In this document: piece after piece, positions 9,264 through 19,244 of the stretch
Layout: the number at the start of each line of letters is the position of its first letter
Position numbering within the stretch: the first letter of the stretch is position 1
Origin: Patescibacteria group bacterium
GTDB taxonomy: Bacteria; Patescibacteriota; Minisyncoccia; Phycocordibacterales; Phycocordibacteraceae
Direction of reading: 5' to 3'
Length of the DNA: 64,000 nt
NCBI GenBank assembly: GCA_018971045.1
Contig: JAGWVF010000001.1
Span: 75,480 to 139,479 of the forward strand
Position numbers and translations under genes: made by a program
The notes under the pieces: model-generated
What the model was told of the DNA's origin: nothing
Database searches by the model: none
The model's input: only the letters and a program-made list of their open reading frames with translations

Positions 9264-10669
9264 AGAACTTTTTCTCTCGCGGATCAATTACGCTTCTCGT
9301 GCTTGTTTTCGCGGGAATATTTGTAACTGTAATTCTGAGCCTCACGACATTTGTTCTCACGGTGAATCGCGCTCAGAGCGTGACCCAAGAGCGGGGAGAG
9401 GCCTTCGACCTTGCTGAGGCCGGCATTCAATACTACCGCTGGCTTCTCCAACATTACCCGGGTGATATTACGAATCATACTGGACACGGAGGTCCTTACG
9501 TCACAACGTATGCCGACCCGGAGGGCGGTTCTACCGGAACCTATACGCTCTCTGTCACAGGAAATTCCTCATGCGGGATAGTCCAGTCCATCGATGTCAC
9601 GAGTATCGGCTCCCCCTCAGATGCGCCCGGCGTTATTGCCACGATCTCTGCTCGATATGCAGAGCCTTCCGTCGCGGCCTATTCGTACATTATCGGAAGT
9701 AGCGTATGGGCGGGTGCCGATCGTGTTATTAACGGCCCCTACCACAGCAACGGCGGTATTCGTATGGATGGCGTATCAAATGCTCCCGTTACCAGCTCAT
9801 TGTCGACCTGGGATTGTGATGCGAACTTCGGGTGTACACCTGAACAAAAATTAGCACCAGGCGTAGTCGGGAGTGGAGCCAAGCCCCAGTTCTGGTCGTA
9901 TCCAACGCCACAGGTCGATTTCGCAGCCATTTCCTCAAACTTTGGCACATTAAAAACCGCCGCTCAGACAAACGGTCTATATCTCCCGCGCTACAGCACA
10001 TCGAAAAATCCTCATAACGGCTATCACCTCATTTTTAATGCAAACGGGACTGTGACGGTAAGGCGCGTCTCCAAAATCACCACGCTTGCAGTTATACCAG
10101 TTAATAGTACTAATTCCTCCTCTGATTACACGCTTATTAATACTGAGACGGCGTATCAGACTCTCTCTCTCCCTGCTCAATGCGGTCTCATTTTCGTCGA
10201 AGACAATGCGTGGATTGAGGGAACCATTCCCCAGAAGGTTACACTTGTGGTGGCAAATGCGACGACCCCGGGCGTACTGCCGGATGTCGTTCTCCATAAC
10301 AACATTACATATGCAGCGACTGATGGATCCGACGGACTCACGGTTATCGGTGCTCACGATATATTGATCGCTCCTGATTCTCCTCAGGTAATGACCTTGA
10401 ATGGGGTCTTCGTCGCTCAGTCAGGCGCCTTTGGGCGAAATTATTACGGATGCCCGAGCGCCTATGAGCCGCGGACTTCCCTTACCATCCTCGGAACAAC
10501 AGTATCGAACCTGCGTACTGGTACCGCGTGGGAATGGGGGTGTGGTGCGACAAACGCAGGATATCTCTCGCGTATTGATTCTTACGATCGGCAAAATATG
10601 AAGAATCCGCCACCCTTCACTCCCAATACCTCAACGCAATGGCAAATTGTCGACTGGGAACAAAAATAG
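9260..10669 (+). CDS. PilX-like pilus minor pilin / pilus-tip associated protein
   Basis: N-terminal TM followed by ...AFDLAEAGIQYYRWLL typical of PilX-type N-terminal domain; 469 aa. Confidence 0.5.
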   Translation: MKNFFSRGSITLLVLVFAGIFVTVILSLTTFVLTVNRAQSVTQERGEAFDLAEAGIQYYRWLLQHYPGDITNHTGHGGPYVTTYADPEGGSTGTYTLSVTGNSSCGIVQSIDVTSIGSPSDAPGVIATISARYAEPSVAAYSYIIGSSVWAGADRVINGPYHSNGGIRMDGVSNAPVTSSLSTWDCDANFGCTPEQKLAPGVVGSGAKPQFWSYPTPQVDFAAISSNFGTLKTAAQTNGLYLPRYSTSKNPHNGYHLIFNANGTVTVRRVSKITTLAVIPVNSTNSSSDYTLINTETAYQTLSLPAQCGLIFVEDNAWIEGTIPQKVTLVVANATTPGVLPDVVLHNNITYAATDGSDGLTVIGAHDILIAPDSPQVMTLNGVFVAQSGAFGRNYYGCPSAYEPRTSLTILGTTVSNLRTGTAWEWGCGATNAGYLSRIDSYDRQNMKNPPPFTPNTSTQWQIVDWEQK

Positions 10670-10689
10670 AATGATATAGTGAGAATACT

Positions 10690-11433
10690 ATGCTTATTGT
10701 AGCGAATTGGAAAGCGTATATCGAGGATCTCGCGAAAGCGAAAAAAATCTTTCTCGTGAGCCGCAAGCTCGCGAGAGAAACAGAGCATACGATCGTGCTC
10801 GCGCCGCCCGGTCCGTTTCTCGGCGTTTTCACCGAGAAGAAGCAGTCTGAGGTGATGTTCGCCGCGCAGGACGTATCGGCGACTGTCGGCGGAGCCGAAA
10901 CCGGCGAAGCGACGGCCGCGGCCTACGCCGCCGTCGGAACTGCCTATGCGATTATCGGCCATTCGGAGCGCCGCGCGCGCGGCGATACCGACGCAATCGT
11001 GGCCGAGAAACTCGTGCGGGCGCTCGCACAGGGACTCATCCCGATCCTCTGCGTCGGCGAGCGCGAGCGCGACGGAGAAGGGCGTTACCTCGGATCAATA
11101 CGCGAGGAGCTTACGGTCGCGCTCTCGGCACTGCTTCCGAATGAGCGCGCCGCAGTCATCGTCGCGTATGAACCGCTGTGGGCGATCGGCAAGACCGCCG
11201 CTGAATCCATCTCCGTAAATGATCTCGCGGAAATGATCCTCTATATCCACAAAGTGCTCACCGAGCTGTTGCCGGGGAAGAGCTCGGCCAAGTCTCGAGT
11301 ACTCTACGGCGGATCAGTTGAGCCGGGGAATGTTCGTATGCTCGCGGATAATTCCGGCGTTGATGGATTTCTTATCGGCCACGCCTCAGCCGACGCGCCT
11401 ACATTCGCTGCCCTCGTCCGAGAGCTGTCTTAA
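10690..11433 (+). CDS. tpiA: triosephosphate isomerase
   Basis: ANWKAY..., AYEPLWAIGKTA, YGGSV motifs. Confidence 0.9.
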   Translation: MLIVANWKAYIEDLAKAKKIFLVSRKLARETEHTIVLAPPGPFLGVFTEKKQSEVMFAAQDVSATVGGAETGEATAAAYAAVGTAYAIIGHSERRARGDTDAIVAEKLVRALAQGLIPILCVGERERDGEGRYLGSIREELTVALSALLPNERAAVIVAYEPLWAIGKTAAESISVNDLAEMILYIHKVLTELLPGKSSAKSRVLYGGSVEPGNVRMLADNSGVDGFLIGHASADAPTFAALVRELS

Positions 11434-11436
11434 AGC

Positions 11437-12588
11437 ATGCGTACGGTTCGCGATATTCCCGTTTATGAAAACATACCCGTTTTGGTGCGCGCCGCGCTGA
11501 ATGTGCCGGTCGCCTCTCATACCGTCGTTAATGATTACCGTCTGCGCCGCGCGCTTCCGACGATTCAATACCTCACTCAGCGCGGTGCGCGCGTCATTCT
11601 TATTAGCCATATCGGAGAACAAGGAACCGAGACTCTGGAGCCGGTAGCGCGGGCGCTCGGCCGCCTCATCCCGTACGTCTCTTTTTGTCCGGATACGCTC
11701 GGCCCGAATGCGCGGGCGGCTATCCGCGGTCTCACGCCCGGGAAGATCCTGGTACTCGAAAACCTCCGCCGCAATCGCGGAGAACGGGACAATACCGCAT
11801 CGTTTGCGCGCGACGTCGCCGCGCTTGGCGACGTATTCGTCCAGGACTCTTTCGACACGTGCCACCGCCCGCACGCCTCTATCATCGGCATTCCGGCGTT
11901 CCTCCCCTCATACGCCGGCCTTCTGCTTGAAGAAGAGGTGCAGGAGCTCTCCCGCGCGCTCTCGCCCGCGCATCCGGCGCTCGCCGTCATCGCGGGCGCA
12001 AAATTTAATACGAAAGAGCCGGTGCTGCTGCGCCTCCTCGGCGACTACGACCGCGTATTCGTGGGCGGCGCGCTCGCCAATGACTTCCTGAAGGCCGACG
12101 GGCAGGAAGTGGGGAAGTCGCTCGTCTCGATTGCCGACCAAGAAAAGGTGAAGAATGTCCTGCGCAATCCGAAACTCCTGATTCCCGTTGATTCCCGCGT
12201 TGTCGATGCTCGCGCCCTTAAAGAGGCGAATATGCGCGAGACGGCGCGAATTGCCGCGGCTGGACAAATTGAACCTACCGATGTCATCCTCGATCACGGT
12301 CCCGGTACGAGCGCGCTCCTTGCCGATCATGCGGCAAGAGCCAAGACCATCCTCTGGAACGGCCCTCTCGGCATGTATGAAAAAGGATTTGTGGATGCGA
12401 CCGATGCTCTCGCGCGGGCGATTGCCTCGTCAAAAGCGTTCTCGATCGTCGGAGGCGGCGACACCATCGCCGCCATAGAGAAACTCGGCCTTCTGCCGCG
12501 CTTCTCCTTCGTCTCTACGGGCGGCGGCGCGATGCTCGACTTCCTCGCCAAAGGATCGCTCCCCGGCATCGACGCGCTTAATCGCTAG
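11437..12588 (+). CDS. pgk: phosphoglycerate kinase
   Basis: ILISHIGEQG, VGGGDTIAAIEKLGL, STGGGAMLDFLAKG motifs. Confidence 0.9.
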   Translation: MRTVRDIPVYENIPVLVRAALNVPVASHTVVNDYRLRRALPTIQYLTQRGARVILISHIGEQGTETLEPVARALGRLIPYVSFCPDTLGPNARAAIRGLTPGKILVLENLRRNRGERDNTASFARDVAALGDVFVQDSFDTCHRPHASIIGIPAFLPSYAGLLLEEEVQELSRALSPAHPALAVIAGAKFNTKEPVLLRLLGDYDRVFVGGALANDFLKADGQEVGKSLVSIADQEKVKNVLRNPKLLIPVDSRVVDARALKEANMRETARIAAAGQIEPTDVILDHGPGTSALLADHAARAKTILWNGPLGMYEKGFVDATDALARAIASSKAFSIVGGGDTIAAIEKLGLLPRFSFVSTGGGAMLDFLAKGSLPGIDALNR

Positions 12589-12947
12589 CGCAGAGCCGCG
12601 CGAAGCTTCTCGGCATTCTCCTCAAGCGCGTGAACGTCTCCGTGCGCCTCATTGCTCGGGAAGACCCAGATGTGCGCATGCGGGACTTCATCGCCAACGA
12701 TTTTCGACAAGATCCAATCGGTCCCGAACACGCTGCGCTGTGCGACCGCGATCTTCCGCACCACCTCGAAATAGTCGCCGGCATTCGGCACGTCCCAGAC
12801 CCAGCGATAGTGCCGCTTCGGGATTACCTGCGCGTGCCCCGGAGTCTGCGGATGGATATCGAGAAAAGCCATGAAATGTTCGTCTTCATAGATCTTGTGC
12901 GCCGAAATATCGCCCGACACGATGGTGCAAAATATGCAGTCGTCCAT
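12585..12947 (-). CDS. HIT-family (histidine triad) nucleotide hydrolase
   Basis: MDDCIFCTIV...HAHIWVFP histidine triad; start moved to MDDC (upstream part of the ORF is antisense to recJ). Confidence 0.75.
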   Translation of the reverse strand: MDDCIFCTIVSGDISAHKIYEDEHFMAFLDIHPQTPGHAQVIPKRHYRWVWDVPNAGDYFEVVRKIAVAQRSVFGTDWILSKIVGDEVPHAHIWVFPSNEAHGDVHALEENAEKLRAALR

Positions 12948-12990
12948 AAACACAGCATACCTTATTCGATTCCTGCTACAATCCTCACAC

Positions 12991-14715
12991 ATGTTCCCGC
13001 TCCATGACCCGCCCTCCGAGACGATTCGCGCTGAACTCGCGGCGTATGACGATCTCACCGCCGCGCTCCTTGCGCGGCGCGGCATCGAGACGAAAGATGC
13101 CGCCGAGAGATTTCTCTCGCCTTCGTATGACCTCCATCTGCATGATCCGCTTCTCATGACCGATATGCCGAAGGCGGCGGAGCGGCTCGCGCGCGCGATT
13201 TCCGCAGGAGAAAAGATTGCGGTGTGGAGCGACTATGACTGCGACGGCATTCCAGGCGGCGTTCTTCTCCATGACTTTCTGAAGAAATGCGGCGCGGATT
13301 TCGAAAACTACATTCCGCATCGCCACGACGAAGGGTACGGGATGAACGTACCGGGCGTAGAAAAGCTTGCGAAAAACGGCGTGTCTCTCATCGTTACGGT
13401 GGATTCTGGCATTACGGATGTCGAACCAATCGCGCGCGCGAACGCGCTTGGCATGCAGGTAATTGTCACCGATCATCATCTGCCCGGCGCGGCGCTGCCG
13501 GATGCGTTCGCGATAGTGAATCCGAACGCCCGTGATGACGAGCGGTATCCGTTCCGCTCGCTCTGCGGATCGGGCGTCGCGTGGAAGCTCGTCTGCGCGA
13601 CGCTCGCGACCGCCCCCGCTCTCCGCGAGAGCATACCGCTCGGTTGGGAGAAGTGGCTTCTCGACATGGTCGGACTCGCGACCATCGCAGACATGGTTCC
13701 GCTTCTTGACGAGAATCGCGTGCTCGCGGCGTACGGACTTCTCGTGATGCGCAAGTCGCCGCGAGTAGGTCTGCAAAAACTGTGCCGCGGGATGCGCGTC
13801 GAACAGAGAACCATTACCGAAGATGATGTCGGCTTTATGATCGCGCCGCGGATTAACGCGGCGAGCCGGATCGGATCGGCTCGGGACGCCTTTGATCTTT
13901 TCACGACTTCTGACGAGGGCACTGCCGATCTTCTCGCGAAGAAACTCGAGAAGGCGAACCGCGCGCGCAAGGCTGAAGCAGGCGCCATCACGCGTGCGGT
14001 GCACGCGCGTCTCACAGAGCGCGGCGAGATGCGAAGCGTGATCGCGATTGGCGATCCGGAGTGGCGGCCTGCGCTTCTCGGACTCGTCGCGAACACGATC
14101 GCCGACGAATACGAGCGGCCTGTTTTCCTTTGGGGGAGAGAGGGGAACAATCGTCTGAAGGGATCGGTGCGCAGCGGCGGCTCGGTACACGCGCTTGAAC
14201 TCATGCGCGGCGCCGAAAAGGTATTTGAGGACTTCGGCGGGCACGCGGCGGCCGGCGGTTTCACCGTTCTTGATACCGAAATATTTTATTTGGAAGACCA
14301 TTTGGTTGCGGCATACGATCGTCTGGCGACCGAAGGAACTCTCGCCGACGATCTCTCGACGCGCGCCGATATGCTCGTAACGCCGGAAGACATTACCGAT
14401 TCATTTTTACGGCGTATCGAAAAGCTCGCTCCGTTCGGCCAAATGAATCCGAAGCCGGTGTTCTTGCTCCGTGAGGTGATAGCGAGAGAGATTACACGTT
14501 TCGGAAAATCCGAAGAACATTTAAAGATGAGAATCGCATCGGCGGACGGACGCGCGCTTGATGCGGTCGCCTTCTTCGTCAAAGGCGCGATCGCGCGCGC
14601 CGCCGGCGCACTCACCCGGGGCAATCGTGTTCACGTTCTCGCGCATCTCGAGCGCGACGCCTTTTCTCGCGGCAACCCGGTACGATTACGGTTGCTCAAT
14701 CTGAAAGGTGTATAG
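12991..14715 (+). CDS. recJ: single-stranded-DNA-specific exonuclease RecJ
   Basis: DHH motifs (DYDCDGI, VIVTDHHLPG), DHHA1 region; start moved to MFPLHDPP. Confidence 0.85.
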   Translation: MFPLHDPPSETIRAELAAYDDLTAALLARRGIETKDAAERFLSPSYDLHLHDPLLMTDMPKAAERLARAISAGEKIAVWSDYDCDGIPGGVLLHDFLKKCGADFENYIPHRHDEGYGMNVPGVEKLAKNGVSLIVTVDSGITDVEPIARANALGMQVIVTDHHLPGAALPDAFAIVNPNARDDERYPFRSLCGSGVAWKLVCATLATAPALRESIPLGWEKWLLDMVGLATIADMVPLLDENRVLAAYGLLVMRKSPRVGLQKLCRGMRVEQRTITEDDVGFMIAPRINAASRIGSARDAFDLFTTSDEGTADLLAKKLEKANRARKAEAGAITRAVHARLTERGEMRSVIAIGDPEWRPALLGLVANTIADEYERPVFLWGREGNNRLKGSVRSGGSVHALELMRGAEKVFEDFGGHAAAGGFTVLDTEIFYLEDHLVAAYDRLATEGTLADDLSTRADMLVTPEDITDSFLRRIEKLAPFGQMNPKPVFLLREVIAREITRFGKSEEHLKMRIASADGRALDAVAFFVKGAIARAAGALTRGNRVHVLAHLERDAFSRGNPVRLRLLNLKGV

Positions 14716-15142
14716 TACCGCTATGCATTTCACGATTCACGCCGATGGCGGTTCCCGGGGGAACCCCGGACCGAGCGGCGCGGGCGCGATGATCCGCAAC
14801 GGCCTCGGCAATTCGATCGGATCCGTCTCACAGTACCTGGGCATCCGCACCAATAACTTCGCCGAATATGAAGCGGTCATTCTCGCATTTCACGCGCTCG
14901 CTCGTCTCGTGCCGGAAGACCGGCGCGGCAAGGCGAGCGTTGAAGTCAAAATGGACAGCGAACTCGTCGTAAAACAAATGAACGGCCTTTATAAAGTGAA
15001 GCATCCCGTGCTGAAAGATCAGCGAGCGCGTCTCGTGCGTGCCGCCGCCGGCTTCAAATCGGTTATCTTCACTCATGTTCCGCGTGCGCAAAACTCCGAC
15101 GCCGACGCTCTCGCAAATGAAGCGATGGATCGGGGCGCATGA
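14708..15142 (+). CDS. rnhA: ribonuclease HI
   Basis: IHADGGSRGNPGPSG, AEYEAVILAF, HVPRAQNSDADALAN. Confidence 0.8.
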   Translation: MYSTAMHFTIHADGGSRGNPGPSGAGAMIRNGLGNSIGSVSQYLGIRTNNFAEYEAVILAFHALARLVPEDRRGKASVEVKMDSELVVKQMNGLYKVKHPVLKDQRARLVRAAAGFKSVIFTHVPRAQNSDADALANEAMDRGA

Positions 15143-16629
15143 ACGCGCTCATTTCTCTTGTCGCCGGATTCGCGTTTGGCATTTTCACGCGATCATTGCT
15201 TTTTGCGAGCGGGTGGCCGATACTTTTCGTCCTCCTCCTCGCGGCGCTCATTGGCGCCGCGAATGTTCTACGGCCGCGGCGCGCGTATGCGCTCGGCGTT
15301 TTATTTTTTATATTCTGCGCGCTCGGGATGCTGCGCGCGATGACGGCCGACACACCGCCGTCGAAAACCTTCATGGGCGACCTGCGCCACCGCGTCGCCT
15401 ACGACGGCATCGTCGCGGGCGATCCTGACGTGCGCGAGAAGAATCAGCGCATCCCGCTCGTGATCGAAAAGGAGGGAGAGCGGGTCGGCGCGCTCGCGGT
15501 GATGCCGCTTGCTACGCGCGTCGCGGTCGGCGATCGCGTGCGCGTGTATGGGTCGCTCTTTGTTCCCATGGCATTTGAAACTGACAACGGCCGCACGTTT
15601 CGCTATGACAAATATCTGCAAGCGAAGGGGGAACGATTCTTAATCGAGTTCGGATCAATCACCGCGATCGCGCCGGCGCCATGGTACTCGGCGAGCGCCG
15701 CGCTCGCGCGCATTAAGCACGCCCTCCTCGACGGACTCGGTGCGGCGCTCCCTCAGCCCGATGCGGCGCTTGCGGGCGGTATCGTCATCGGCGGAAAGGT
15801 TGGGTTGAGCGCCGAATTACAGGACGCCTTCACTCGATCCGGATTGGTGCAAATCATCGTACTCTCGGGCTACAACGTCATGATCGTCGCTGAGTGGGTG
15901 ATGGCCTTCCTCGCCGCTCTGCGGTTGCCGCGCCGACTGCAGTACGTTGCCGGCGGGGCGGCGCTTCTTCTCTTCGTCGGCATCGCGGGTATCACGTCTA
16001 CGGCGGTGCGCGCGGCGATTATGGCGATCATCGCGCTCTACGCGCGCGCGAGTGGCAAGACGTATGCCGCGAGCCGCGCGCTTCTGGTCGCCGTATTTCT
16101 CATGCTTGCGTGGAATCCGCTTACGCTTTGTTTCGACCCCGGCTTCGATCTTTCGGTCGCGGCGACCGCGGGCGTTATCTGGCTCTCGCCGATAATTGAA
16201 AAGGCTCTGCGCGTCAAGTACGCGTCCTTGAAAAACGCGATCGCCACCACGCTCGCGGCGCAGACGAGCGTTCTGCCGCTTCTTCTCTATATGAGCGGAC
16301 TATTATCGTTTGTCGCGCTCCCCGCGAACCTGCTCGTAAATGCCGTCGTGCCGCTCGCGATGGCGGGAGCGGCCGTCGCGGGAGTGATCGGAATGCTTTT
16401 CGGCGCCGTTGCGCCGCTTCCGGTGCAAATCATCGGTCTGCCGACGCTCGCGCTCACGCGCTACATCATCTTCATCGCAACGAAAAGCGCGGCGCTCCCG
16501 TACGCCGCGCTCACGCTTGAACGGTTTCCTTTCGTGTTCGTCGTGATTGCTTATGCCGCGCTGATCGCATTCGCGAAACGTTTCTCGACAACCGACCAGT
16601 TCACGTTTTCGAAAAACGCATCGACATAA
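15139..16629 (+). CDS. comEC: DNA internalization competence protein ComEC/Rec2 (membrane channel domain only)
   Basis: Polytopic membrane protein with competence-domain signature GLVQIIVLSGYNVMIV; ATGA overlap with rnhA. Confidence 0.75.
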   Translation: MNALISLVAGFAFGIFTRSLLFASGWPILFVLLLAALIGAANVLRPRRAYALGVLFFIFCALGMLRAMTADTPPSKTFMGDLRHRVAYDGIVAGDPDVREKNQRIPLVIEKEGERVGALAVMPLATRVAVGDRVRVYGSLFVPMAFETDNGRTFRYDKYLQAKGERFLIEFGSITAIAPAPWYSASAALARIKHALLDGLGAALPQPDAALAGGIVIGGKVGLSAELQDAFTRSGLVQIIVLSGYNVMIVAEWVMAFLAALRLPRRLQYVAGGAALLLFVGIAGITSTAVRAAIMAIIALYARASGKTYAASRALLVAVFLMLAWNPLTLCFDPGFDLSVAATAGVIWLSPIIEKALRVKYASLKNAIATTLAAQTSVLPLLLYMSGLLSFVALPANLLVNAVVPLAMAGAAVAGVIGMLFGAVAPLPVQIIGLPTLALTRYIIFIATKSAALPYAALTLERFPFVFVVIAYAALIAFAKRFSTTDQFTFSKNAST

Positions 16630-17147
16630 CTCTTTTTATCGGACGATCCGTAGTCAACCATATACGCGTGCTCCCAGAGATCGAGCGCGAGAATGACGGG
16701 AAGCCCCGCGAGCTGTCCGACTTCGTGATCGGCAACGAAAACGACGTGAATCATTTTATTGGCCGGATCGGCGTACGCGACGACCCAGCCGATACCGCGC
16801 GCTCCGGCGACCTCTTTAAGGTGCGATATGAATGTCTCGCCGCCGTACTTCTCTCTAACCGCTTTCGCGAGCGCGGACTCCGGGTCATCGCTCTTGTCTC
16901 CTTCAAACTGTTCGAAGTAATATTCGTGCATCCGCATTCCGTTAAATTCAAACGCGAAGCGGCGGCGAAGCTCGGCGGTTGTATACGGATCGAGCTCGAG
17001 TTTCCCTTCGCGTGCCGCCTGCAGTTTTTCAAGAATAAGGTTCACGTGCTTCACGTAGCCCTCATAGAGGGCAAGGTGCGCCTGTATTTGCTTCTCTGAT
17101 AATCCCTCGAGGGAGGGGAGGGTAAACGTTTTGGGTGTATAGGTCAT
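16551..17147 (-). CDS. sodA: Fe/Mn superoxide dismutase
   Basis: DLWEHAYMVDY metal-binding signature, N-terminal HH region; start moved to MTYTPK. Confidence 0.85.
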   Translation of the reverse strand: MTYTPKTFTLPSLEGLSEKQIQAHLALYEGYVKHVNLILEKLQAAREGKLELDPYTTAELRRRFAFEFNGMRMHEYYFEQFEGDKSDDPESALAKAVREKYGGETFISHLKEVAGARGIGWVVAYADPANKMIHVVFVADHEVGQLAGLPVILALDLWEHAYMVDYGSSDKKSYVDAFFENVNWSVVEKRFANAISAA

Positions 17148-17169
17148 AGATATAAACTGTAGCACAAAA

Positions 17170-17205
17170 AGAAAATCCCCTTGCGGGGAATCGGCGCGGG
17201 AAGCG
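17170..17205 (-). terminator. rho-independent terminator downstream of rpmB
   Basis: Minus-strand hairpin tccccgcaaggggattttctttttg (stem tcccc/gggga plus T-run) just 3' of rpmB. Confidence 0.5.
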
Positions 17206-17209
17206 TACC

Positions 17210-17452
17210 CTAGATCACTCCGGCTTTCTTAAGAGCGGCATAGGCGCCGTTCTTTTTGATGGTCTTGAGGCCTTTCATCGAGACATCCACGATGACGGTT
17301 TTATTCAGTTCGGGAACGTAGATGCGGCGCTTCTGGAGATTGGCCTTGCGGCGAACCTTGCCGGTGGGGTTAAATTGCGTCGCACGGACGCGATTGCTGT
17401 ACCGCCCGCCGATTTGCGTGCTTTTGCCGGTAATGTCGCAGGCGCGTGCCAT
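17210..17452 (-). CDS. rpmB: 50S ribosomal protein L28
   Basis: MARACDITGKSTQIGGRYSNRV...NLQKRRIYVPELNKTVIVDVSMKGLKTI matches L28; start moved to MARACD (upstream ORF portion is spurious). Confidence 0.85.
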   Translation of the reverse strand: MARACDITGKSTQIGGRYSNRVRATQFNPTGKVRRKANLQKRRIYVPELNKTVIVDVSMKGLKTIKKNGAYAALKKAGVI

Positions 17453-17491
17453 AGTCGTCTCATGGTAACATACCGAAGTAATTCGGCAACC

Positions 17492-18127
17492 ATGATCACC
17501 CTTCTCTCGTTCGTCATTCTTATCGTCTCGATCATCGCCCACGAAGTAGCTCACGGCTATGCGGCCGACTCTTTGGGCGACCCGACTCCGAGGATCGCCG
17601 GCCGCCTGACCCTCAACCCGCTTCCGCATATCGATCCTGCGGGGTCGATCCTCATTCCGGCGCTTCTTCTGTTTACTGGCTCGCCCATCTTCTTCGGTTG
17701 GGCCAAGCCGGTGCCGTACAATCCGTACAATTTGAGCAATAAACGCTGGGGCGAAGCCTTGGTCGCGATCGCCGGGAGCGCGACCAACCTCCTTATTGCG
17801 ATTATCTTCGGATTTCTCGCGCACTATGGCGCCGCGATCGGATTCGACGCGACCGCGCTTTCTTTCGCGGCGACGATTTCTTTCGTCAACTTATTCCTCG
17901 GCCTTTTTAACATGATTCCGTTCCCTCCGCTCGACGGCTTCACCGCGCTGCGCGCCGCGCTCCCGTGGAATCTCTCGGCGGGAATGGGCCGTTTCGAGCA
18001 TCGTGTCCGCGGCGCGGGCATCCTTTCTCTGTTGCTGTTTCTCTTTCTCTTTTCCGCTTTTCTTTCGGGACCGTTCTTTCATTTCGTTGCGTGGATCTAC
18101 GGACTGCTCGTTCCTGGCGGGGGATAA
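17492..18127 (+). CDS. site-2 protease family zinc metalloprotease (peptidase M50)
   Basis: HEVAHG (HExxH) in first TM, several further TMs, LDG motif; start moved to MITLLSF. Confidence 0.7.
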   Translation: MITLLSFVILIVSIIAHEVAHGYAADSLGDPTPRIAGRLTLNPLPHIDPAGSILIPALLLFTGSPIFFGWAKPVPYNPYNLSNKRWGEALVAIAGSATNLLIAIIFGFLAHYGAAIGFDATALSFAATISFVNLFLGLFNMIPFPPLDGFTALRAALPWNLSAGMGRFEHRVRGAGILSLLLFLFLFSAFLSGPFFHFVAWIYGLLVPGGG

Positions 18128-18129
18128 CC

Positions 18130-18603
18130 ATGCCGCGAAGTGTTACACTGGAGAAAATGGAGTACCAGGTACCGCAATTTATTGAGGCTGAAGATAAAAT
18201 CGTCGGACCGCTGACGTTTAAACAATTCTTGTATCTCGGCGGCGCGGCCGGAATCTGCGTTATTTCTTTCTTGTACCTGAATATTCTTCTTGCCGTCCTT
18301 ATTGCATTGCCCGTGATTGGACTCGCCGCGGCTCTTGCGTTCTACAAAGTGAACGGAAAGCCCTTTATCGAAGTTCTTGAGGCAGGTTTTAATTATTTCA
18401 TCGGCGCAAAGCTTTTCCTCTGGCGGCGCAATGAGGAAGCCCAGAAGCGGAAGCAGGCCGCCGCGGCAACCGCGGCGGCCGAGGCGGCAACCGCGGCGGC
18501 AGCTCTGCCGCGGAATACCCCGCGGCTTACGAGAGGCAGACTCTCCGAGCTCGCTTGGTCTCTCGACGTGCGAGACTCGGCGAGCAATGAGAATCGATCA
18601 TAA
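18130..18603 (+). CDS. VirB3/PrgI-like small membrane protein of T4SS-like locus
   Basis: 158 aa, long hydrophobic hairpin (FLYLGGAAGICVISFLYLNILLAVLIALPVIGLAAALAFY), directly upstream of VirB4 pieces; low-complexity Ala-rich tail. Confidence 0.45.
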   Translation: MPRSVTLEKMEYQVPQFIEAEDKIVGPLTFKQFLYLGGAAGICVISFLYLNILLAVLIALPVIGLAAALAFYKVNGKPFIEVLEAGFNYFIGAKLFLWRRNEEAQKRKQAAAATAAAEAATAAAALPRNTPRLTRGRLSELAWSLDVRDSASNENRS

Positions 18604-18604
18604 T

Positions 18605-19243
18605 ATGGCAACCGCTCCGCAAGCCAATCCCACACAGCAGTTCGTTCCGGTCAAAGAAATTCGGAACGGCGTCGTAATTCTCAAAGACGGCAGTTACCGG
18701 GGCATTTTGATCTGTTCATCGATAAACTTCGGTCTGAAATCGGAAGAAGAGCAACATGCGATCACGATTGGGTTTCAGAATTTCCTCAATACGCTCGATT
18801 TCTCGATTCAGATCGTGGTGAACTCGCGCCGCATGGATCTGCGGCCGTATCTCGCGCTTCTCGAAGAAAAAGCTTCGGAACAGAAAACCGAGCTTATGCG
18901 TATCCAGCTCCGCGAATACATCGAGTTCGTGCGATCCTTCGCCGATCAAGCGAACATCATGACGAAGTCGTTTTATGTCGTGGTACCGTACGCTCCCCAT
19001 CTCTCGGCCCGCGCCGCGACGGCCGGACTTCTCCATCGCGACACGGCATCGGAAAAGAAGACGGCGGATATGTCATTTGAGACTGATCGCGTACAACTTG
19101 AACAGCGTCTCACGCTCGTCGCCGGCGGACTCGCCGGCACCGGCGTGCGCGCCGTCCCTTTGGGAACCGAGGAGGTGATCGAGCTTTTGTACCGCTCGTT
19201 TAATCCCGGAGAGCTTGAAAACCCTATCCGTCTCGAAGCTTGA
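18605..19243 (+). CDS. VirB4-family N-terminal domain protein (upstream piece of a split VirB4)
   Basis: 212 aa; together with the next ORF reconstitutes VirB4 length and puts the Walker A at a canonical position; separated from the next ORF by 1 nt. Confidence 0.45.
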   Translation: MATAPQANPTQQFVPVKEIRNGVVILKDGSYRGILICSSINFGLKSEEEQHAITIGFQNFLNTLDFSIQIVVNSRRMDLRPYLALLEEKASEQKTELMRIQLREYIEFVRSFADQANIMTKSFYVVVPYAPHLSARAATAGLLHRDTASEKKTADMSFETDRVQLEQRLTLVAGGLAGTGVRAVPLGTEEVIELLYRSFNPGELENPIRLEA

Positions 19244-19244
19244 T

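Noticed and set aside
12985-14301. 438-aa minus-strand ORF (and a 262-aa ORF at 13476..14264) inside recJ
   Set aside because: Antisense to RecJ, whose DHH/DHHA1 motifs are clear; Arg/Ala-rich composition typical of GC-driven artefacts
18420-18540. Repetitive GCC/GCG-rich DNA encoding AAAATAAAEAATAAAA in the PrgI-like gene
   Set aside because: Low-complexity Ala-rich protein tail, not a CRISPR or tandem-repeat locus; no spacer-repeat periodicity
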